NCBI GenBank assembly: GCA_017465025.1 | Contig: JAFTXM010000113.1 | Location: 626 to 64,625, forward strand | DNA from: Oscillospiraceae bacterium | GTDB lineage: Bacteria; Bacillota; Clostridia; Oscillospirales; Oscillospiraceae | Reading direction: 5' to 3' | DNA: 64,000 nt | Shown here: piece by piece, positions 31,106 through 40,376 of the stretch | Numbering within the stretch: the first letter of the stretch is position 1 | Layout of the letters: the number at the start of each line of letters is the position of its first letter | Notes under the pieces: model-generated | Database searches by the model: none | What the model was told of the DNA's origin: nothing | Seen by the model: only the letters and a program-made list of their open reading frames with translations | Position numbers and translations under genes: made by a program

Positions 31106-32305
31106 TCATGCCTCCTTTTTCATGTTGACTATTCCATCTGGCTTGTCGTTTTTCTCTACAGTCATAAACAGTATTGCAGTGCCGGCGATGGAGATTACAA
31201 TACCTGCAATAAGCATTGCGTTAACTCCCAAAGCTTCCACCAGCTGACCACCTGTGAAGTTACCGGCGGCGCAGCCGAGGGTGTAGGATGCGGCAATGAA
31301 AGCCTGACCCTTAACCATGTCGTCCGGTAAAACTTTATTGCTTGCATAGTAAAGCTGTACCGGGGCGAGGAAAGTATAGGATGTGGCCTGCAAAAGCTGA
31401 ATAAAGTAAATTGCCTTCACACTGGGAGCCACGAGCAAAAGTATGGCCTTAAGAACAAATGAAAGGCCTGCGATTTTGAAAAGGGTGTTGTCCCTTGCAA
31501 ATTTTCTTATCTTCTCCAGATATAGCAGTACCACCATTTCAATGGCCGTAGCCACGAAAAGGGCAACTCCCACGCTGCCGCTGTCGCCACCCAGCTTCTC
31601 CATGAGCTTTATCATGTAGTTTTCCGTCATGGAGTGGAACATAGCCAGCAGCATCACGCCCAGAAGAGATATGCAGTACCACTTGTAACGGATGAAGAAT
31701 ACTGGGATTGAGCAGCAGTTCGATACGGTATTCTCCCCGTTTGTCACTCCGGACAGTCTGGGATAGGCAAGAGTGGTGATGATGTTGGCTGCCAGCAGTA
31801 CAAGCGCAATCCACAGCATCCAGTCGGCACCGAAGTCTGCGATAACGCGCCCTATACCCAATGCGGCCAAAGAAAAGGCGAAAGCGCCGACTCCACGGCC
31901 AAACCCGTAGTTTATACTGTAGTTTTCCCTGGTGTATGCCACGCACAGCGCATTGAGAAGCGGCAGCATCGCGTCAAAGGAGAATACTGCCGTCAGGTAC
32001 AAAAGCCCGAAAAATACAGTTGAGAGAGGCACCAGCAGCAAAATCAGAAAGCACAGCATACATATGCCGGTAAGTCCGATTATAAAAAGGTTGATAAGCT
32101 TTGGACCGGCCCGATCCGCCCTGTCAGCCAGTAAAGGCTGCGCGGCACAGGAGAGAAGATTGCCGCAGGCCAGAAGCACACCTACCTGAGAGGCTGCAAA
32201 CCCTTTTTCCAGCAAAAACGCGCTGGCAAAAGTAACCACACCTGCCGCAGCGGCCCAGAATGCGATCTGTTGTAAAGTGTAATGGAAAGTGAGAGACTTT
32301 TTCAT
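31106..32305 (-). CDS. MFS transporter
   Basis: Twelve hydrophobic segments. The start is taken at MKKSLTF, preceded by GGGAGGAG (the ORF opens at 32320). Confidence 0.8.
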   Translation of the reverse strand: MKKSLTFHYTLQQIAFWAAAAGVVTFASAFLLEKGFAASQVGVLLACGNLLSCAAQPLLADRADRAGPKLINLFIIGLTGICMLCFLILLLVPLSTVFFGLLYLTAVFSFDAMLPLLNALCVAYTRENYSINYGFGRGVGAFAFSLAALGIGRVIADFGADWMLWIALVLLAANIITTLAYPRLSGVTNGENTVSNCCSIPVFFIRYKWYCISLLGVMLLAMFHSMTENYMIKLMEKLGGDSGSVGVALFVATAIEMVVLLYLEKIRKFARDNTLFKIAGLSFVLKAILLLVAPSVKAIYFIQLLQATSYTFLAPVQLYYASNKVLPDDMVKGQAFIAASYTLGCAAGNFTGGQLVEALGVNAMLIAGIVISIAGTAILFMTVEKNDKPDGIVNMKKEA

Positions 32306-32482
32306 GACTCCTCCCGCCACTTATATTATTTACCTGATTATAGCATGGAAATCATATTATTCAATCCCATCAGGCTACGGTCGTTAAACTTGTTCGTCAC
32401 AGTAAAAGTATCCTTGTATTTCTTGCATTTTTTCATATAATATGGTAATATATGCCGCTAAGAATTATAGAGGATGTATGTT

Positions 32483-34078
32483 ATGTCAGAAGAAATGAAA
32501 AAACAGATTCAAAGGCGCAGGACCTTTGCTATAATCTCCCACCCGGACGCAGGTAAGACCACACTGACGGAAAAGCTGCTTTTGTACGGCGGCGCCATAC
32601 AGATGGCAGGCTCCGTCAAGGGCAAGGCCACCGCCCGCCACGCCGTGTCTGACTGGATGGAGCTTGAAAAGCAGCGCGGTATCTCTATTACCTCATCCGT
32701 AATGCAGTTTGAGTATAACGGCTACTGCATCAATATTCTGGACACTCCGGGGCATCAGGACTTTTCCGAGGATACCTACCGCACCCTCATGGCGGCTGAC
32801 TCTGCCGTTATGGTAATTGACGCTGCAAAGGGCATTGAGCCTCAGACCAGAAAGCTATTCAAGATATGCGCCATGCGCCATATCCCCATTTTCACCTTCA
32901 TCAATAAGCTGGACCGTGAGGCCAGAAGCCCCTACGAGCTTATGGAGGAGTTGGAGAACGAATTTGGCATCGGCACCTATCCCATGAACTGGCCCATCGG
33001 CTGCGGCCGTGAGTTCAAGGGTGTTTTCGACAGAGAGAAAAGACACATTCTGGCCTTCAATGAGTTTCACCGTGGCCAGAGCAGGATTCAAGCCATCCAG
33101 TGCGAGCTGGACGAGACCGAAAAACTGGACGAGCTTATCGGCTACAGACTCAGAGAGACGCTTACCGATGATATCGAGCTTCTGGACGGCGCAGGCTACG
33201 ACTTTGATATAGAGGAAGTCCGCCGCGGGCGCCTCAGCCCCGTGTTCTTCGGCTCTGCTCTCAACAACTTCGGTGTTGAGCCTTTCCTTGAAAGCTTCCT
33301 TGAAATGACCATGCCGCCCCTGCCCAGAATATCCAATGACGACATAGTCGATCCTTTTGACGAACATTTCTCCGCATTCGTATTCAAAATCCAGGCCAAC
33401 ATGAACAAGGCCCACCGTGACCGTATCGCCTTCATGCGTATCTGTTCAGGCCGCTTTGAACGTGATAAGGAGTATTTCCATGTCCAGGGCGGCAAGAGTC
33501 TGCGCCTTGCCCAGCCCCAGCAGCTTATGGCACAGGAGCGCGCCATAATCGACGAGGCCTTTGCCGGTGACATTATCGGCGTTTTTGACCCGGGCATCTT
33601 CTCCATCGGCGACACTATCTGTGAAAAGGGGCAGAGCCTCTGCTTTGAGGGTATACCCACCTTCGCGCCTGAGCATTTTGCCGCGGTGGAGCGTATCGAC
33701 ACCATGAAGCGCAAGCAGTTTGAAAAGGGCATCATGCAGATAGCTCAGGAGGGCGCCATTCAGATATTCCACGAGCCGTTTACCGGCGTTGAGGAAGTCA
33801 TCGTGGGCGTTGTGGGCGTTTTGCAGTTTGAAGTTCTGGAGCACAGGCTCAAAAGCGAGTACGGCGTGGATATCCGCCGCCGTTCCATGCCCTTTGAGCT
33901 TGTCCGCTGGGTTGAAAATGAAGAAATAGACATTCCATCCCTCAACCTGACCAGTGACACAAAGTGGGTGCAGGATTTCAGAGGAAACAATCTCCTTCTT
34001 TTTACGTCTGAATGGTGTATCAACTGGGCATTGCAGAAAAATGAAGGTCTGCGCCTGAGAGAATTCAACAGAGATTGA
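32483..34078 (+). CDS. prfC: peptide chain release factor 3
   Basis: RRTFAIISHPDAGKTTLTEKLL, DTPGHQDF, NKLD GTPase motifs. Length and C-terminus are typical of RF3. Confidence 0.93.
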   Translation: MSEEMKKQIQRRRTFAIISHPDAGKTTLTEKLLLYGGAIQMAGSVKGKATARHAVSDWMELEKQRGISITSSVMQFEYNGYCINILDTPGHQDFSEDTYRTLMAADSAVMVIDAAKGIEPQTRKLFKICAMRHIPIFTFINKLDREARSPYELMEELENEFGIGTYPMNWPIGCGREFKGVFDREKRHILAFNEFHRGQSRIQAIQCELDETEKLDELIGYRLRETLTDDIELLDGAGYDFDIEEVRRGRLSPVFFGSALNNFGVEPFLESFLEMTMPPLPRISNDDIVDPFDEHFSAFVFKIQANMNKAHRDRIAFMRICSGRFERDKEYFHVQGGKSLRLAQPQQLMAQERAIIDEAFAGDIIGVFDPGIFSIGDTICEKGQSLCFEGIPTFAPEHFAAVERIDTMKRKQFEKGIMQIAQEGAIQIFHEPFTGVEEVIVGVVGVLQFEVLEHRLKSEYGVDIRRRSMPFELVRWVENEEIDIPSLNLTSDTKWVQDFRGNNLLLFTSEWCINWALQKNEGLRLREFNRD

Positions 34079-34111
34079 TACTGTTCAACATTGAATTAAA
34101 GGAGGATTATT

Positions 34112-34723
34112 ATGGCAGAGAAGATAATAATCGATATTTATAAAAACAAAAATCCCGATGAGCTTACAAAGCTCCTTGCAGATAAGGAAAGCCGCCTTGA
34201 GGCAGGCAGCGCCGCGGCAATGACCGCCGCTTCAGCCGCCGCTCTCTTTTCCCGCGCTGCGGCTTTTACCGCCCAGCAGGTGAAAAATGACGCGCGTATT
34301 GACTATATTGTCCGAAATGCCGAGATAATCCGGAATTACATGGTCTACCTCATTGACGAGGATGTGAAGAGCAGAAATCCGCTTCGCAAGGCCATAAAGG
34401 AAGGAAAGGAGCGGGAGATAGAAGCCGCCCGCCAGCCTGCCGTGTGCATTGCAGGGGAGATAATCAACATGATGGGTCAGTGCCTTGAGCTTATGCTGGA
34501 GCTGGCTGAAAGCTGCCCGGACGAGGCTGTGCACTATCTGGGCGAGGCCTCCCATCTTGCAATGGGCGCAATAAGAAGCTCAAGGGTATATATCGTGAAT
34601 ATGGCGGATCAGTGCTCTGATGAGACTTACCGCTTTGTTACCCGCCGTGAAAACGAGATGTCCCTTGAAAAGTTCAGCGCTGTTTATGAAAAGCTCAACC
34701 TTCTTGTGGAGGAAAAAATCTGA
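34112..34723 (+). CDS. cyclodeaminase/cyclohydrolase (FTCD C-terminal-like) family protein
   Basis: All-helical 203-aa protein with the GSAAAMTAASAAAL motif typical of this family. Confidence 0.6.
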   Translation: MAEKIIIDIYKNKNPDELTKLLADKESRLEAGSAAAMTAASAAALFSRAAAFTAQQVKNDARIDYIVRNAEIIRNYMVYLIDEDVKSRNPLRKAIKEGKEREIEAARQPAVCIAGEIINMMGQCLELMLELAESCPDEAVHYLGEASHLAMGAIRSSRVYIVNMADQCSDETYRFVTRRENEMSLEKFSAVYEKLNLLVEEKI

Positions 34724-34841
34724 ATAGTCCTGCGAAATCGGCTCCGGCGGTGAAAATCTCTGTCGGAGCCGCTGCTTTTTAATTGGTTGACCGGGGCTTG
34801 AAATGTGTAGTATAATAATTTGATAAAAAGGGGGCGATACC

Positions 34842-35558
34842 ATGAACGAAAATATCCAAAAATTCAGAGCCATGGTAGAGGAGAGCGATAATATCGTTTT
34901 CTTCGGCGGCGCGGGTGTCAGCACCGAGAGCGGTATTCCCGATTTTCGCAGTGTGGATGGCCTTTATAATCAGAAGTGGAAATATCCCCCCGAAACAATT
35001 CTCAGCCGCAGTTTTTTTGACCGTGACCCGGCGGAGTACTACCGTTTTCACCGGGAAAAGCTGGTAATTGACGGCGTTGCACCAAACCGTGCCCACCTGA
35101 AGCTTGCCGAGCTTGAGCAGAAAGGCAAGCTCCGCGCTGTAATAACCCAGAACATAGACGGACTTCATCAGGCGGCAGGCAGTAAAAATGTACTGGAGCT
35201 GCATGGCAGTATCCTTCGCGCATACTGCTCCCGCTGCCGCAGGATACATCCGGCGGACAATATAAACCACGGCGAGGGGCTGCCCCTTTGCCCGTGCGGC
35301 GGCATAGTGCGGCCTGATATCGTGCTGTACGAGGAGCCGCTGGATAATGATATTGTTTCCTCTGCCATTCATTACATAAGAAAGGCCGATGTTCTCATAA
35401 TCGGCGGCACTTCGCTGAACGTGTACCCGGCAGCAGGACTCATAAACTATTACAGGGGAACAAAGCTTGTCCTTGTAAACTTAAGCGCCACACCATATGA
35501 TGACAGGGCGGATCTTGTCATTCACGAAAAGATTGGAGAGGTATTCAGTCAGATATGA
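34842..35558 (+). CDS. cobB: NAD-dependent protein deacylase (Sir2 family)
   Basis: GAGVSTESGIPDFRS, TQNIDGLH, the CxxC...CxC zinc module, and GTSLNVYPAA. Confidence 0.9.
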   Translation: MNENIQKFRAMVEESDNIVFFGGAGVSTESGIPDFRSVDGLYNQKWKYPPETILSRSFFDRDPAEYYRFHREKLVIDGVAPNRAHLKLAELEQKGKLRAVITQNIDGLHQAAGSKNVLELHGSILRAYCSRCRRIHPADNINHGEGLPLCPCGGIVRPDIVLYEEPLDNDIVSSAIHYIRKADVLIIGGTSLNVYPAAGLINYYRGTKLVLVNLSATPYDDRADLVIHEKIGEVFSQI

Positions 35559-36241
35559 GACTTCTGGAAATACTTGATGTTGAGTTTGACAATATCCGCA
35601 TAAGCGAAGCGGTGGAGCGCTCTGTACGCAGCATGGAGGAGGGTGGCGGGCAGTTTGTCCTGCTGCTGGACTCCCAGCAGCTGCTGCGCTCAAGAAAAAG
35701 CCGGATGCTTATGAATGTGTTAAGCCGGGCGCTTCTGGTGCTGCCTGCGGACAAGGGTATAGTTGCAGCCGCGCGGATATTGGGCCTGCCCTTTAATTAC
35801 AAGATGAGCGCACTGGACTACTCTTCTGCACTCATGGCGCGCATCAGTGAGATGGACGGCACCGTGTTCATTCTCACCGACAAGCCCGGCATCGCCCAGC
35901 GCGCATCTGATGATCTTCACTATCGTTTTCCCGGTATAAGGGTCGTGGGAGCTGAGGATATAAGCTACATGGACGGTGAGCGGCTGATGGAAAGCATCGA
36001 ACTGGCCGCGCCTGACCTTGTGGTACTGGCTATGGGCTATACCGAGCAGATGAACATGATCCGCGCTCTGGCTTTCAAATCGGAGCTGGGGCTTATCCTC
36101 GGCATCGGCAGGGCGATGGATGCCTATACCGCCAAGCGCGGCGATGACAGCTATGTCAGGCGCCTTACCCGCCAGCCGGACAGGGAACTGAAAAATGTTG
36201 GCATAGTGGCGGCGGCGCTGAAGAAAAGAATATTTGGTTGA
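35555..36241 (+). CDS. WecB/TagA/CpsF family glycosyltransferase
   Basis: 228 aa. Family-like N-terminus (ILDVEFDNIRISEAVE) and PADKGIVAAARILG. Overlaps the cobB stop. Confidence 0.65.
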   Translation: MRLLEILDVEFDNIRISEAVERSVRSMEEGGGQFVLLLDSQQLLRSRKSRMLMNVLSRALLVLPADKGIVAAARILGLPFNYKMSALDYSSALMARISEMDGTVFILTDKPGIAQRASDDLHYRFPGIRVVGAEDISYMDGERLMESIELAAPDLVVLAMGYTEQMNMIRALAFKSELGLILGIGRAMDAYTAKRGDDSYVRRLTRQPDRELKNVGIVAAALKKRIFG

Positions 36242-36933
36242 AAGAAGTGTATATAATGCCCAAGGGGAAACTTATCGTTCTTGAAGGAATAGACGGCAGC
36301 GGGAAATCTTCTCAGTACCGCCGGCTCTGTGCAAGAATGGAAAATGACGGAATAGACTATAATCATATTGTGTTCCCGCGCTATGATAAGGAGAGCAGTG
36401 CCCTTATCCGTATGTATCTGAAAGGGGAGTTTGGCGAAAAACCCTCTGATGTGAGCGCTTATGCCGCCTCAACATTTTACGCGGTGGACAGATATGCTTC
36501 ATATTGCTCGGACTGGGGCAAAATATATGAAAACGGCGGTCTGATAATTTCTGACCGCTATACAACCTCCAACGCCGTCCATCAGGGCTCCAAGCTGGAT
36601 AACGATGAACTGCCTGAGTTTTTTGACTGGCTTGCAGATCTGGAGTACGTAAAGATGGGGCTGCCAAAGCCTGACCTTGTCATATATCTTGATGTGGATA
36701 TAGAGACATCCTTGAGGCGTATGGCAAAGCGGCAGGAGACTACCTCCACCACCGCTGATATCCACGAAAAGGACGTGGCATATCTCAGCCGCTGCCTTGA
36801 GGTGGCGGGCATTGCCTGTGAGCATTTCGGCTGGATGCGCATACCTTATCTCAAAGACGGGCTTGAGCGGGAAGTGGACGAGAAAAACGCCCAGATTTAT
36901 GAGATAGTAAAGAACTACATCAGTCCAACGTGA
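36238..36933 (+). CDS. tmk: thymidylate kinase-like (dTMP kinase family)
   Basis: P-loop LEGIDGSGKSS and DRY motif. The start may be the ATG at 36256. Confidence 0.8.
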   Translation: MKEVYIMPKGKLIVLEGIDGSGKSSQYRRLCARMENDGIDYNHIVFPRYDKESSALIRMYLKGEFGEKPSDVSAYAASTFYAVDRYASYCSDWGKIYENGGLIISDRYTTSNAVHQGSKLDNDELPEFFDWLADLEYVKMGLPKPDLVIYLDVDIETSLRRMAKRQETTSTTADIHEKDVAYLSRCLEVAGIACEHFGWMRIPYLKDGLEREVDEKNAQIYEIVKNYISPT

Positions 36934-37202
36934 GTCGAACACGCACCGCATTTCGGCGGCCTTGTCCGGCGCTTTTGGATTTATCGTCCTTGACTTACGT
37001 CAGTAATCCTGCGTCCTCTGCATCCAAAATCATCCGAACAATTCACGCCGAAATGTGCAAAGCAGTTTTTTCGGTGCGGATTTTCGGCCAGACGAGGCAT
37101 TGACCGCAGGGAATACTTGACGTATTTGCAAGGGCAATAACGAAGTATGGGCAAAAATCCGCCCGATAAAAACCGATACGGGTTCAACTCACGTTGGACT
37201 AA

Positions 37203-37229
37203 AAAAATGGGGCTTCCGATGAAGCCCCG
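37203..37229 (-). terminator. terminator of the tiny Cys/Gly-rich gene
   Basis: On the minus strand: GGGGCTTC-atcg-GAAGCCCC followed by TTTTTTT. Confidence 0.75.
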
Positions 37230-37234
37230 GTAAT

Positions 37235-37378
37235 TCAGCAGCCGCAGCCGCAGTTGTTGTCGCAGCCACAGCCGCAGTTGTTGCCGCAGCCGTAGTTGCC
37301 GCATCCGCCGCAGCCGAAGAGGATAATGATAAGGATGATGATCCAGAGGGTGCTGTTGTTACAACCGTTGCAGAACAT
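37235..37378 (-). CDS. 47-aa Cys/Gly-rich tiny transmembrane peptide (absent from the ORF track)
   Basis: My hand translation gives MFCNGCNNSTLWIIILIIILFGCGGCGNYGCGNNCGCGCDNNCGCGC. Has its own terminator. Resembles the tiny-TM/YjcZ-like sporulation peptides of Firmicutes. Confidence 0.6.
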   Translation of the reverse strand: MFCNGCNNSTLWIIILIIILFGCGGCGNYGCGNNCGCGCDNNCGCGC

Positions 37379-37561
37379 AGTAATTCCCTTTCTTCGCGCC
37401 CTGATATTCCTTTGCGGCCTGCCCGGCGCGAAAAGCAGACCGGCTGTAGAGTGATTTGTGTAATATCGGGCGGTCTATCTCCACCGCTCGTGCCATAATA
37501 TGCCGCGGCTTCTGCGGCTGCTACTAAGATTTTGCGGACAATCTCCGCAAGGAGGTCAAAT

Positions 37562-38890
37562 ATGCCTGATTATTACGATAAGGTCAGCGCAAAACTGAAT
37601 AAACAGGAAAAAGATACCCGGAACAGGGCTGCAAGGCCGGAAGAGCGCCGTCCTGAAAGCTCCCGCCGCACCCCCATGAAGGCGGTGGACAGGCTGCTCA
37701 TTGATGAGAGCGGGAAAAAGACCAGAAATTACACAGGTGATGAACCGTCCGAGCGGGATTACCGTCCGGTACGTCAGAGCCACGAGTACCGTTCCGGCTG
37801 TATGGGCGGGATTATGTACTTTGTGTTTGTGATGTGCCTTAGCATTGTCCTTGCCTGTGTGGCATGGATGGCAGCCAGTGATATGCTGGCGCTGAACAAG
37901 GAAAAATTTACCGCGGTGGTATCCTTGCCCACGTCTGTTTTTGAGTCCATAATGGTGGACGAATTTGATGAGGACGGCAACAAGACCGGCGAGAAAAAAG
38001 CCAGCCGGGCGGACATTGAATTTGTGGCCTCTGAGCTTAAGGATGCAGGGCTTATCGAGTATAAGTGGCTGTTCAAGGCCTTCTGCCGCCTGTCCGATGC
38101 GGAGATGAAGGTTGACCCGGGCGAGTATGAGCTGGAGTCCTCCTATGATTACCGCGCTCTGATTAAAAATATGCAGGCCGGCTCCGGAGCTACAGTCACC
38201 GTTACCGTGACCATTCCCGAGGGCTTTACCATGCACCAGATATTCCTGCGCCTTGAGGAAAACGGCGTTTGCAGCTATGACGAGCTTATGGATGCCGCCA
38301 CAAATTATAATTACAATTATAATTTCCTCACAGGGCTTGAAGTGGGCGATCCTACCAGACTTGAAGGCTTCCTCTTCCCGGACACCTATGAATTTTACGT
38401 GGGGATGCAGGCCTCCAGCGCCATAAACAAGCTCCTTGAGAACTTCCATCACCGGCTCGATGCGGACATGATATATCAGCTTAAGAATCTGGGGCTGGAT
38501 ATCCGCACTGTTGTGAACATTGCCTCGCTTATAGAAAAGGAGGCCGCCAACGACAATGAGCGCAAGCTCATAGCCTCTGTTATCTATAACCGCATGGGCA
38601 TAGGCATGCCTCTTGGTATTGACGCGTCCATCCTCTATCTCTACCCTGAGCATGAGGGAGCACCCACAGGTACAATGCTTGAATCGGACAGCAGATACAA
38701 TACCCGCAAGAATATCGGCCTGCCGCCCACACCCATTGCCAATCCTGGCCTCGCCTCCATTCAGGCTGTGCTCACCCCCGAAAATACGGAATACTACTAT
38801 TACGCTTTGGATACAGCCACCAACGAACACCGTTTCTTCACAAATCCCTACGACTTTGATCAGTTCGTGGCTACTCAGAACTATGAATAA
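37562..38890 (+). CDS. mltG: endolytic murein transglycosylase MltG (YceG-like)
   Basis: One TM helix, then YceG motifs (LEGFLFPDTYEF, ASLIEKEA, YNTRKNIGLPPTPIANPG). AGGAGG precedes the ATG at 37562. Confidence 0.9.
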   Translation: MPDYYDKVSAKLNKQEKDTRNRAARPEERRPESSRRTPMKAVDRLLIDESGKKTRNYTGDEPSERDYRPVRQSHEYRSGCMGGIMYFVFVMCLSIVLACVAWMAASDMLALNKEKFTAVVSLPTSVFESIMVDEFDEDGNKTGEKKASRADIEFVASELKDAGLIEYKWLFKAFCRLSDAEMKVDPGEYELESSYDYRALIKNMQAGSGATVTVTVTIPEGFTMHQIFLRLEENGVCSYDELMDAATNYNYNYNFLTGLEVGDPTRLEGFLFPDTYEFYVGMQASSAINKLLENFHHRLDADMIYQLKNLGLDIRTVVNIASLIEKEAANDNERKLIASVIYNRMGIGMPLGIDASILYLYPEHEGAPTGTMLESDSRYNTRKNIGLPPTPIANPGLASIQAVLTPENTEYYYYALDTATNEHRFFTNPYDFDQFVATQNYE

Positions 38891-40085
38891 GAAATATGAG
38901 CTTTTATCCCCCGCGGGCGACCGGGAGCGGCTTGAAATGGCCGTGACCTACGGCGCGGATGCGGTGTATCTTGCCGGGCAGCAGTTCGGTATGCGCGCCG
39001 CTGCGGGAAACTTTACAAATGAACAGCTGCGTCAGGCTATAGATTTTGCCCATGGCAGGGGCGTGAAGGTGTATGTCACCTGCAACACCCTGCCGAGAGA
39101 AGATGAGCTTGCTGCCCTCCCCGGATATCTTGAAAATCTGCAGGATATGGGTGTGGACGCACTCATTATTGCGGATATGGGCGTGCTGAGCCTTGCAAAA
39201 CGCCATGCCCCCAATGTGAAAAAGCACGTGAGTACCCAGCTGGGCGTTATAAACAGTGCCGCTGCCTGCGCGCTATACGACATGGGCGCGGATACGGTGG
39301 TTCTGGCCCGGGAGATCCCCATGGAGGATATCCGCAAAATTCGCGCCAATACCCCAAGGGAGCTTCGTATAGAGGCCTTTGTGCACGGGGCAATGTGCGT
39401 GTCCTTCTCCGGGCGCTGTCTTTTGTCCAATTATCTCACATCCAGGGACGCAAACAGGGGAGAGTGCGCCCAGCCCTGCCGCTGGAAATATCATCTGGTG
39501 GAGGAGACCCGCCCCGGCGAATACTTCCCCATCGGGGAGGACAATGGCACATTTATCTTAAACTCCCGTGATATGTGCATGATAGAGCATCTTGCCGAGC
39601 TTATGGATGCCGGTGTGGAGAGCTTCAAGATTGAAGGGCGCATGAAGTCTGCCTACTACACGGCAGTTGTCACCAATGCCTATCGCCACGCTATCGACGA
39701 TGTGCTGGCAGGCCGTCCTTTTGACCCTCTATGGCTGGAAGAATGCGGCAAGGTCAGCCACAGACCCTACAGCACAGGCTTTTACTACGGCTATCCCGGG
39801 CAGCACTATGCCGAGGCCAGCTACACCACCACGGCGGACGTGGCGGCTATAGTGGAAAGCTGCGATGAGCAGGGTAATGCAGTGCTGACCCAGCGCAACA
39901 AGTTCAGCCTTTCTGACGAGCTGGAGCTTGTAAGTCCGGACGGCAGACCCATAAAGTTCAAGGCGGGAAAAATGTACAATGGGGCAGGGGAGAGCATAGA
40001 AAGTACTCCCCATGCCATGATGGAAATACATATGAAGCTGCCTGAGCCTGCGCCGAGGCATTCCATAGTGCGAAAGTGCAGATAG
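38883..40085 (+). CDS. peptidase U32 family protein
   Basis: MNKKYELLSPAGD...DAVYLAG...E.FVHGAMC.SFSGRCLLSNY...RDANRGECAQPCRW is diagnostic of U32. The ATG at 38883 overlaps the mltG stop. Confidence 0.9.
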   Translation: MNKKYELLSPAGDRERLEMAVTYGADAVYLAGQQFGMRAAAGNFTNEQLRQAIDFAHGRGVKVYVTCNTLPREDELAALPGYLENLQDMGVDALIIADMGVLSLAKRHAPNVKKHVSTQLGVINSAAACALYDMGADTVVLAREIPMEDIRKIRANTPRELRIEAFVHGAMCVSFSGRCLLSNYLTSRDANRGECAQPCRWKYHLVEETRPGEYFPIGEDNGTFILNSRDMCMIEHLAELMDAGVESFKIEGRMKSAYYTAVVTNAYRHAIDDVLAGRPFDPLWLEECGKVSHRPYSTGFYYGYPGQHYAEASYTTTADVAAIVESCDEQGNAVLTQRNKFSLSDELELVSPDGRPIKFKAGKMYNGAGESIESTPHAMMEIHMKLPEPAPRHSIVRKCR

Positions 40086-40105
40086 GGAGAATGTACAAAA
40101 TCTGC

Positions 40106-40133
40106 TTGACAAAATTGTCAGTTATGATAAAAT
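40106..40133 (+). promoter_or_regulatory. promoter of the alaS leader
   Basis: TTGACA, 16 nt, TAAAAT, with an extended -10 TG (TGaTAAAAT). Confidence 0.7.
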
Positions 40134-40139
40134 CAACAG

Positions 40140-40364
40140 GAAATATTCAATGGCTGTGACGAAAAGAGTCGGTGCTGAGCATTACAGAGAGGGGCCGTAT
40201 GCTGCAAGGTCCTATGCAAATCATCGACAGCCGCTTCCGAGCCACCCCGGGCTGACCGGGGCGTAAGCCTGCGTTAAAGGCGCATGAGATGCCGCAAAGC
40301 GGCAAATCAGGGTGGTACCGCGAATTGACCTTCGCCCCTGTACAGGGGCGGAGGTATATTTTTT
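40140..40364 (+). promoter_or_regulatory. T-box riboswitch leader (tRNA-Ala sensing, inferred from the downstream gene)
   Basis: Conserved T-box sequence AAATCAGGGTGGTACCGCG at 40304-40322. Terminator CGCCCCTGTACAGGGGCG plus a T-run at 40333-40364. AGAGA motif in stem I. Confidence 0.85.
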
Positions 40365-40376
40365 GGAGGAAATCAA

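Noticed and set aside
36981-37304. A 107-aa minus-strand ORF from the ORF track.
   Set aside because: It is an alternative frame running through the GCNGCN repeats of the 47-aa Cys/Gly peptide gene and its terminator. The short frame has a proper ATG, a TM helix and a stop just before the terminator.
38613-38882. A 90-codon N-terminal extension of the U32 peptidase ORF that overlaps mltG.
   Set aside because: U32 homology starts at MNKKYELLSPAGD (ATG at 38883). The extension is simply an open frame across the mltG 3' end.
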